Below the pieces are notes generated by a model that ran no database searches, was not told the origin of the DNA, and saw only the letters and a program-made list of their open reading frames with translations. A DNA stretch of 63,573 nucleotides, filler included, from Guillardia theta CCMP2712 (lineage: Eukaryota > Protista > Cryptophyta): assembly GCF_000315625.1 (NCBI RefSeq). It is 5 parts of 5 records of this genome, joined end to end, with 100 filler letters (N's around TTAATTAATTAA, not from the genome) between each part and the next. Parts side by side here need not be neighbours in the genome. Positions count along the whole stretch, not along the records: positions 37,776 to 58,009 come from NW_005434351.1; 4 more parts are not named here. The stretch is one strand, 5' to 3'. The position numbers and the translations under genes are program-made. Shown here in pieces: positions 50,563-58,109 of this stretch; position 1 is the first letter of the stretch; each line of letters begins with the position of its first letter.

Positions 50563-50778
50563 ATGGTGAGGGTGCTGGACCTCACCGACCCCGCAGAGTA
50601 CCGCAAGGACCTTGGCGAGCACCACGTACCCCAGACCGGGCCCGGGTCTTGGGAGGAGGAGGTGGAGCACCGGGCGTCAGAGCGGGTCGAGCGGGCCAAG
50701 GGGGGGAAGTGGAAGGGCCGCACCTGTGCCTGCCTCGACAAGGCTTCCGGCAAGGGTCTTTCGGGCGTCAGTATATAA
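50563..50778 (+). CDS. Hypothetical 71-aa protein
   Basis: GC3-biased ORF preceded by GTATTAAG. Confidence 0.45.
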   Translation: MVRVLDLTDPAEYRKDLGEHHVPQTGPGSWEEEVEHRASERVERAKGGKWKGRTCACLDKASGKGLSGVSI

Positions 50779-50800
50779 GCCTCTCGGCCGTCCGAGCCGT

Positions 50801-50968
50801 ATGACACCCATGGCCCGCACCAAGACGAAAATCAACGAGAAGAACGTGAAGGTAACCATCACAATCTTCGAGCAGCGGAAGCGCCCGCGCATCACGGACT
50901 GCATCAGGCAGGAGGAGAGGGAGTGGATCCAGGTAGACCTCTCCCGGGCCCGCGCCGAGGACGTATAA
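50801..50968 (+). CDS. Hypothetical small basic protein (55 aa)
   Basis: MTPMARTKTKINEK...; upstream GTATATAAG and downstream AATAAA (~50995). Confidence 0.55.
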   Translation: MTPMARTKTKINEKNVKVTITIFEQRKRPRITDCIRQEEREWIQVDLSRARAEDV

Positions 50969-51030
50969 TACTAGGTTACCAATGTATCATATTCAATAAA
51001 GCGCATGTACGAAAACAGGAAATTAATTTA

Positions 51031-51384
51031 TTACATATGATCAAACTTCCTCTTACCTAGAAGGTACTTCATGACTCGGCGGAAGGTTATTTCAACCTCC
51101 TCCAACGATCTGAGTACGAACTTGTCCATTTTCTCGAACTTCCGGATGTCTTGAGACCACGACATGAAATCTGAGAACATCTTGAGGATGTCCTTGCAAG
51201 TGAAAATCGTATTTTCTTTGTCGATGATCATAGCGTTGCGGAAATAGTCCGTACCGCACACAATTGTGTGAATGCCAGTGATGTTGCGATGAAGTTCAAA
51301 GACTGATTCTTCAAGCTCAGGCATGGTCATGACCTTCGGGCAGAAGTCGGGATCCACGATTTTTCGAATATCAAAGAAACTCAT
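51031..51384 (-). CDS. Hypothetical 117-aa protein
   Basis: ATG at 51384 with ATATTTAAG ~30 nt upstream on the minus strand. Confidence 0.6.
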   Translation of the reverse strand: MSFFDIRKIVDPDFCPKVMTMPELEESVFELHRNITGIHTIVCGTDYFRNAMIIDKENTIFTCKDILKMFSDFMSWSQDIRKFEKMDKFVLRSLEEVEITFRRVMKYLLGKRKFDHM

Positions 51385-51496
51385 TTTTGTGTTAGTGAAC
51401 ACTCTTCATTATCTCTTAAATATTTAACTTGTTGCAGATATTTTCTGACTTTGAATGAATCCCTTATTTTAACTCTTCGATGCAAGGAGCGGCAAG

Positions 51497-51844
51497 ATGA
51501 GCGGCAGACCATGGGACCATCTGCCATCGGACGATGCCAGCTCCGACTTGAAGGATGCGTCCGGGAGGCTGTTGAAGGACGTGGATGATGTGTTAGAGAA
51601 GGAGAACGACTGGTTGAAGCGCACGAGCCACAAGGTAGAACTGTGGGGGTTTGCCAACGAGAAGATCGTCAGGGATTTTAACAAGTTCAAGAAGGATCTG
51701 AACGAGCTTAACAATCTCTTGCTCAACAGTATGGCCGATATGAATGATACCATGGATTCCTTATCTCTCGATATACACAACCTGACAGACCGTGTAAAGT
51801 TGGTAGAGATGGAGATCAGTAAGACGAGAGTCTCAAAGGGCTGA
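51497..51844 (+). CDS. Hypothetical coiled-coil protein, 115 aa
   Basis: ATG ORF with a heptad pattern. Confidence 0.6.
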   Translation: MSGRPWDHLPSDDASSDLKDASGRLLKDVDDVLEKENDWLKRTSHKVELWGFANEKIVRDFNKFKKDLNELNNLLLNSMADMNDTMDSLSLDIHNLTDRVKLVEMEISKTRVSKG

Positions 51845-51900
51845 TTACGCCATTTTATTATCGAATGAAAACACAAACGAAACACACGAAACACGCACGT

Positions 51901-54195
51901 TTAATCCCGGAGCTCAAATATCCTCTTGCCCTCCGAGCGTATCATCTCGTTGTAGGTATCGAAGTGAACCTTCTGGTTGAGCTCGACCACCTTCACAAGC
52001 AAGTTCCCGCTGCGGAGGATCCTGTCAAACACATCCTGGAGGAACTTGGAGGTGGGGGGGTTGAAGTTGCGGTCGACAACAATGTTCCGCCATTGGTCCT
52101 CGATCGGCCTGTGCATGTTAATAAGGACGAGAGGGGCGACTTCCAGGAGATCGTTGAGGAATTCGGCGGAGTAGGCCTTGTTCCCGGGAAGACGCGAGGA
52201 GATGGTGTCCTTATCCACCGGGGTGAGGTCGTTCTCCAGAGCCGCAACAAACGCGTCCCTGGCCCTGTCCTTTCCCAGCCTTGAAGCGTCGAAGCTGTCA
52301 ATCGAAGCCTTGATGCGGAGCAGGACGTCGTCGACCGCCGGTGAGCCTCCCTTTGCCCGCAGGCGCTGCGAGGCCATGGCCAGCATGCAGGCCGCGATCT
52401 TGTCGAAGTTGAACTGGTTGTGGAGGTGCTGCAGCCTCACAAGGTCGAGCGACAAGGTCTCCGGGCAGGTGTCCGTCTGCACAGGCTCGTCCGATGCAAC
52501 CAGGCGCAGCACGGCCAGGGAGTGGATGTCCTTGTACGCCTGGCTGTCACCCGTCAGGATCTTGGAAAGCATACCAAAGCTCCTGGTCGTCTCGGCCTCC
52601 ACCGTCTTGCGGATCCAGCTCGGCGTGATGCGGAGGTAGAGGGGGTTCTTCTTAATCTTCCTTGCCATGTGCGCCCGTTCATACTCCACCCCGTGGTTCT
52701 GGATGACGAAGGCGATGCTCCGGAGGCGGTCGTTGGCAGCTTCCACCCTCATCTTGTTGACCTGATCGAGCGCAAACTGCAGTGAGACACAGAAGATCCT
52801 GGGCTGGTCCTCGGTGGCGGCGCCCTCCATCTCTTCCTTGATACGAACCCTCTCCCTGATAGTCTCCTGCTTGAGCTCCCCGCGCTGCATATCGATCTCG
52901 ATGGAGAGCAGCGTGTCGATCAGCGCGACGCAGGAGGGCCAGTCAATAAGCTCCTGGTCGATCTGCTCCTTCCAGTAGGCGATGTCGATCTTCTCCCTGA
53001 GCTCCCGAGCCCGGCTGGGCACGAGATCGATGATCCCGTCCCTGACCTCGCCCACCACTTTCAGCACGCGGACGTAGCAGGGGACGGAGAGCCTGAGGTC
53101 GTCGACGAGGCTCGCCCAGAAGGACTGCTTGAAAGCCTCCCGGATGTTGGAGAGGGTCTCGTTCTCCACGTACCCCGCGCCTTGGGCGTCGAGCTTGAAG
53201 CCTGGGTCGAGGAGAAGCTCGTGCGCAAGCTGCTCGTTCGTCATGCGCCCGGGGAGTGACGAGACCCCGTCCTTGTTCACCTTGACGTTTTCCTCCTCGC
53301 TTTCCGGGACGTACTCCTGCAGGTCCTCCTCCGTCACGATGAAGCCCTGCTCACGGAGGAAGTCGTCGAAGAGCCGCACGCCGCTCTCTCCCGCGATCTG
53401 CTTCAGCTTCATGCGGAGCTTCAGCTTCTGGGAATGGAAATCCTGCTTCATTTTCGTCATGTCGATGTCGCCAGGCTTCAGGTGCGACTCCGCCTTGTAG
53501 AGCGCGAGGAGGCCGTGCTTGACGCGCTCGGTCAGCTTGTGCTCATCGGGCACCTTCCAGATCTCGAAGCAAACCAGGTAGTTGTTGAGCTGCGACAGGA
53601 AGTCCCTCCACTCCGCCCAGCTCTGGCTGCCCTCGGGGCGCCAGGAGACGGTGGGGTGGATGCGGCAGATGCCACGGAAGGTCGTGATCATCAGGCGGGC
53701 GGCGTCCTGCACCCTCGCCTCCAGCCGTCCGAGCGTCTCGAAGCAGCCCTCCGGACGGTTGTCGATGAGGATCGCGGCGATGAACTTGCGGATGTTGAAG
53801 ACACCCACGTGCTCGCTGTCAGTCAGTCTCAGGCCGCGCTTTACCATGTCCCGCTGGATCAGGTAGATCGCCGTGGTGACAAAGTGCTTGAAGTCGCGCA
53901 CGATCCACTTCCTCTGCAGGGCGCGTGCCTTGTCCTTGAACTCCACGGAAGAGTCCCAGTGATCGATCGCCCCGGTGCGCTGCAGGCGCTTCACTGTGTT
54001 GCGCAGGGAGCGGTGGTAGGCGCGGCCGCGCAGGAAGCGGAGGATGCGCTTCAGTGCCGCCTTCTCGGGTAGGGAAGGGTTGGTATCTCTAGGAGTGGGG
54101 TCAGAGAGAACAGTAGAGGAGAGGGCAGAGGAGAGGGGCGAGGAGGGGGTCGAGGGCTGGGAGGGAAGGGGCGCGGGGGCGGTGGTCTGGCTCAT
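51901..54195 (-). CDS. T-complex protein 11 (TCP11/SOK1) domain protein, intronless
   Basis: NEQLAHELLLDPGFKL, IREAFKQSFWASL, GVEYERAHM and PETLSLDLVRLQHL are TCP11-family signatures; AATAAA follows the stop on the minus strand (~51853). Confidence 0.85.
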   Translation of the reverse strand: MSQTTAPAPLPSQPSTPSSPLSSALSSTVLSDPTPRDTNPSLPEKAALKRILRFLRGRAYHRSLRNTVKRLQRTGAIDHWDSSVEFKDKARALQRKWIVRDFKHFVTTAIYLIQRDMVKRGLRLTDSEHVGVFNIRKFIAAILIDNRPEGCFETLGRLEARVQDAARLMITTFRGICRIHPTVSWRPEGSQSWAEWRDFLSQLNNYLVCFEIWKVPDEHKLTERVKHGLLALYKAESHLKPGDIDMTKMKQDFHSQKLKLRMKLKQIAGESGVRLFDDFLREQGFIVTEEDLQEYVPESEEENVKVNKDGVSSLPGRMTNEQLAHELLLDPGFKLDAQGAGYVENETLSNIREAFKQSFWASLVDDLRLSVPCYVRVLKVVGEVRDGIIDLVPSRARELREKIDIAYWKEQIDQELIDWPSCVALIDTLLSIEIDMQRGELKQETIRERVRIKEEMEGAATEDQPRIFCVSLQFALDQVNKMRVEAANDRLRSIAFVIQNHGVEYERAHMARKIKKNPLYLRITPSWIRKTVEAETTRSFGMLSKILTGDSQAYKDIHSLAVLRLVASDEPVQTDTCPETLSLDLVRLQHLHNQFNFDKIAACMLAMASQRLRAKGGSPAVDDVLLRIKASIDSFDASRLGKDRARDAFVAALENDLTPVDKDTISSRLPGNKAYSAEFLNDLLEVAPLVLINMHRPIEDQWRNIVVDRNFNPPTSKFLQDVFDRILRSGNLLVKVVELNQKVHFDTYNEMIRSEGKRIFELRD

Positions 54196-54475
54196 CACGG
54201 CAATGGCGCGTGGATGCGTGGCTGGTGGGGCCCGGCGGCCGCGGCGGTTAATTAAAAAGGGTCCGGAGTGGGGGAAATACCCCACCACCCTTTCTGACAG
54301 GAGGGTGGGGGTGGTTTTTTTTTTGAAGTCTTCGTGGGTTTTTTTTGGTGCTGTGTTTTTTTTTACATTTTGTGTTTCTTTCTTGTATTTTTTTTTGATC
54401 TATTCCGGGTGTTTTTTTTTCGAGCGGGGGAGGGTCTTCAAAAGAAATCCACCCCGCCCCCGCGCCCCCACCGCC

Positions 54476-54979
54476 ATGCCGCCACGCGTGAAGATATGCT
54501 ACCCGCCGTACCCGACGGAGCGCGAGCGGCAACAGACCAGGCTGGACCGCTTCCTGCAAGAGGTAAGGCACATGAAGAACCTCTCCCCCATGATTTTCAG
54601 TAAGGAGAAGAGGGATCTGGGGAGGCAGACGCTCTCGCAGATCCTCGATGCCGCCACCCTCCACGCCAGCGGCGACCAGATCCAGTTCATCCGGATCAAG
54701 CTGACACTCCTTGCTCTCCTCATCGAGGACAGCAACTGGCTGGCGGTTCGGAGGCTGGGCACTTCGCACGATAAGCTTGAGGAATTCGCTGGCAGCACCT
54801 TCTACAACGAGCTAAGCAGGGAGGAATACAGGGATTACAGCGAGAGGGCGCGGATTCATAGGGATACTGTCAGTAAGAAACACCTCAGGGAGAAGCTTAA
54901 GAACAAACTCAAGGAGAGGATTGGTGAGAGGATCAGGGAGATGCTCAGGGAGCAGAATCGTTGTGCTGGTAATAAATAG
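54476..54979 (+). CDS. Hypothetical 167-aa basic protein
   Basis: ccgccATG context; AATAAA lies at the stop. Confidence 0.6.
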   Translation: MPPRVKICYPPYPTERERQQTRLDRFLQEVRHMKNLSPMIFSKEKRDLGRQTLSQILDAATLHASGDQIQFIRIKLTLLALLIEDSNWLAVRRLGTSHDKLEEFAGSTFYNELSREEYRDYSERARIHRDTVSKKHLREKLKNKLKERIGERIREMLREQNRCAGNK

Positions 54980-54998
54980 AACACATCTTTTAATCGCA

Positions 54999-57148
54999 TC
55001 AGTACTCCTCCACGACTTTCTCGATCACATGCAGGTGGGGCCTGCGCTGGCTCCTGACCCGCCTGGGTCCCTTCCCCTCCGCCGCCTTGGCCTCCCTCCT
55101 CGCGTCCTCCTCGTTGACGTTCTGGCCGTGCCATGTCTTTATCTTCTCCCGCGCCTCCCTCTGCCTCCGCCTCTCCTCCCACTTCAGCCTGCCCTCCTCC
55201 CGCTCGCGCTCATCCAGGGAGAGCAGGCGCCTGTTCCCCACGGGCTGGCCCACCGCCTGAACGCTGAAGGCCACGGCGGCGAAGACGTAGTCCGAGAGGT
55301 AGAACATCGACTTGCCGGGCCAGGCGTAGGCCGGGTAGAGCCAGACGACGGAGTTGTACCTCGGGTCGGCCCCGCCCGGTATGCCCTGGTACTGGCTGAC
55401 GTTGATGGCGACCTGGGAGGCGAGGTCGGAGGTGCCGATGACGTTGGCGAGCCAGGTGGTGTCCTGGCTCGTCCCGGAGACGCGGTGGGCGAAGAAGGGG
55501 TCGACGGTGATGCGGTCCTGCACCTCCCATCGGTAGAGGCAGTCGCTGGTGTTGCTCGGCGCCCCCTCCTGGCAGAGGTCCAGCAGCGCCTGCCTGAGGA
55601 CGAGCTGCGTGTAGGAGCCGCCGGGGGAGGGCGGCACGGTGTAGTAGGCCGCGTAGTTGTCGATGAGGTACTTGACCTTGGCCCGGGTGGCGTTGCTCAG
55701 CGTGTGGATCGTCAGCACCTGGTCGACGTAGATCTGCAGGGTGGGGTTGGCCGTGAAGTACGAGGGGTAGCCCTCCAGCTTGACGGTGATGAGCGCGTCG
55801 GTGATGCTGCTGATGAGGCTGGAGCCCGTCAGGTCGATGGAGTAGGTGGCCAGCGGCGCGCTGTCGATGCCCAGGCTGTGGGTGAGCTGGTTGATGTCCT
55901 GCGTGATGGAGCTGCCGGCCTCCAGCCCCGTCCTCCGATCACCACGCTGATGTAGTTGTTCGGCAGGGTCACCGCCGCGGAGAGGACCGGGGCGCAGTGC
56001 TGGATGAAGCCCGTCAGCGGGACGGAGAGGACGACGTTGGTGAAGACGGGGGGCCTGACCCCCGTCGAGTCCTGCAGCTGCACGAGGACGGAGGCGTACA
56101 GGAAAAGGCCGGGGACGCTGAGGTCCGGCTCGAAGGGGATCTGCAGGTTGATGTCGATCCCCGGCCTGGCCAGGAAGTCGTGCTGGACCGGGTGGCAGAA
56201 GTTGAGGGTCGAGCTCAGCTTGCAGGTCGGGCCCAGCCTGGCGTTCGGGTCCGGGCCGTAGACGCCGCAGGGGGACTGCCAGGCGGCGGCCTGCGAGAAG
56301 GGGAGCTGCTGCGTCCCCAGGTAGGCGACGATGTTGCCCGGGGTGTCCAGCATGCGGTAGGCCTGCGGGACGACGAAGTTGATGTTGGCGTAGTACATGG
56401 CCCCCATGGCGGTCGAGTTGGGGCCGGCCACGGGGTAGTAGACCTGGTGGAGGGAGGCCTGGATGGCGCTCAGCACGGTGTAGTCCTGCGAGGTGCGGAC
56501 GGAGAGCAGGAAGTTGTTGACGCTGAAGACGTCGAAGACGGTGAAGTCGATGATGGCCTCGGGGCTGGTGCTGGGGTTGGGCTGCACGACCAGCAGCCCG
56601 ATGCCGAAGCGGTTGACGCTCTGCGAGAGGCTGGTGGCCTGCTGCGTGCTGATTTACTGCTCCACCGCCCCCTGCGCCAGCTCCACCGTCACCAACCCGT
56701 CGGCCTCATCCTGGGCACTTGCGTAGTACGACCGGATCCCGAGGGAGGGGAGGTCCATCGCTACGAGGCTCTGTGCTCCGAGAGAGTCGAAGAACTGCTG
56801 CGCCGTTAGGGCCGCGCTGCAGCTCAAGTTCGACCCGAGGCCGGGGGTGTAGTACCGCGCCATCAGGTCCCAGACGCAGCACAGCGTCGCCGTCGCCTGG
56901 ACGCAGGGGTTGTTGACGTCCGCGGGGGTGTACCCGTTGGTGCGCGTCACGTAGAGGAGGGAGAACGACCCGGGCTCGGGCACGAAGCGCATCCTTACGG
57001 ACCAGAGCTGCGTAGAGCTGTTGTACTGCAGGCCGCTCAGAGCGCTTAGGCTTGACGAGACCCGCTTCAGGAAGTTGAGCGCCTCCGCCGGCCCGGGCAG
57101 GGTGTACGACACCGTGGACGAGACAGCGGACACCTGGAGCACCTTCCT
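54999..57148 (-). pseudogene. Large extracellular-type protein gene: 5'-truncated, one nonsense codon and one frameshift
   Basis: ORFs 56654-57142 and 55829-56587 are in frame across a single TAA at 56654-56656. A frameshift near 55930 leads into ORF 54999-55718. Uniform high GC3; RRLL motif near the C-terminus. Confidence 0.75.
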
Positions 57149-58009
57149 GCCTGATCTCTCCGGGCGGCCGTGACCGGTCAGCGGACCGTGTCAGCAGGCC
57201 CGTGACATGTCAGCCGGCTGACAGGGGCCGTGACCCGGCTGACAGGCTCACCTGACCGGTCACGTGACACATCACGTGACCGAGACAAGACTTTTTTATA
57301 TCGCAGATCCAAAAACCCATAGGACATTTCTCCCAGGGGGAAGAAAACCTCCCTTGACCCCCCTGTTTCTCGACGGATCCTGCCGGCCGGGCCCGTCAGT
57401 AGACCGACTGCAGCCTTCAGCCCCGCCGCAGACCCCCTGGAGGCCCGCCAGGAGGCTAAGTGTCCGGAGATTGGCCGGGGGCCTGATCTCTCCGGGCGGC
57501 CGTGACCGGTCAGCGGACCGTGTCAGCAGGCCCGTGACATGTCAGCCGGCTGACAGGGGCCGTGACCCGGCTGACAGGCTCACCTGACCGGTCACGTGAC
57601 ACATCACGTGACCGAGACAAGACTTTTTTATATCGCAGATCCAAAAACCCATAGGACATTTCTCCCAGGGGGAAGAAAACCTCCCTTGACCCCCCTGTTT
57701 CTCGACGGATCCTGCCGGCCGGGCCCGTCAGTAGACCGACTGCAGCCTTCAGCCCCGCCTCAGACCCCCTGGAGGCCCGCCAGGAGGCTAAGTGTCCGGA
57801 GATTGGCCCGGGGGCCTGATCTCTCCGGGCGGCCGTGACCGGTCAGCGGACCGTGTCAGCAGGCCCGTGACATGTCAGCCGGCTGACAGGGGCCGTGACC
57901 CGGCTGACAGGCTCACCTGACCGGTCACGTGACACATCACGTGACCGAGACAAGACTTTTTTATATCGCAGATCGGAAAAACCTCATAGGAACATTTTCT
58001 TCCCCAGGG
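57149..58009 (+). repeat. Tandem array of the 332-bp palindrome-rich unit (~2.6 copies to scaffold end)
   Basis: Units start at 57149, 57481 and 57814 and are nearly identical to each other and to 39841-40150. Confidence 0.95.
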
Positions 58010-58109
58010 NNNNNNNNNNNNNNNNNNNNNNNNNNNNNNNNNNNNNNNNNNNNTTAATTAATTAANNNNNNNNNNNNNNNNNNNNNNNNNNNNNNNNNNN
58101 NNNNNNNNN

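Larger units (their letters stand above)
37776..58009. mobile_element. Putative endogenous large DNA virus fragment (Mirusviricota-like), partly degraded
   Basis: Apparently intronless, tightly packed genes with no host-type microsatellite introns. Contains a divergent TBP, paired triplex-like paralogs, TCP11, ORFans, pseudogenes and a shared promoter motif. Confidence 0.7.

Noticed and set aside
57264-57838. Repeated ORFs MTHHVTETRLFY...
   Set aside because: Incidental frames of the 332-bp non-coding repeat with non-ATG starts and variable ends.
37776-58009. Polinton/Maverick or DNA transposon with terminal inverted repeats
   Set aside because: The size fits, but no integrase, pPolB, packaging ATPase, jelly-roll capsid or transposase is visible, and the repeat is a tandem array that truncates a gene.
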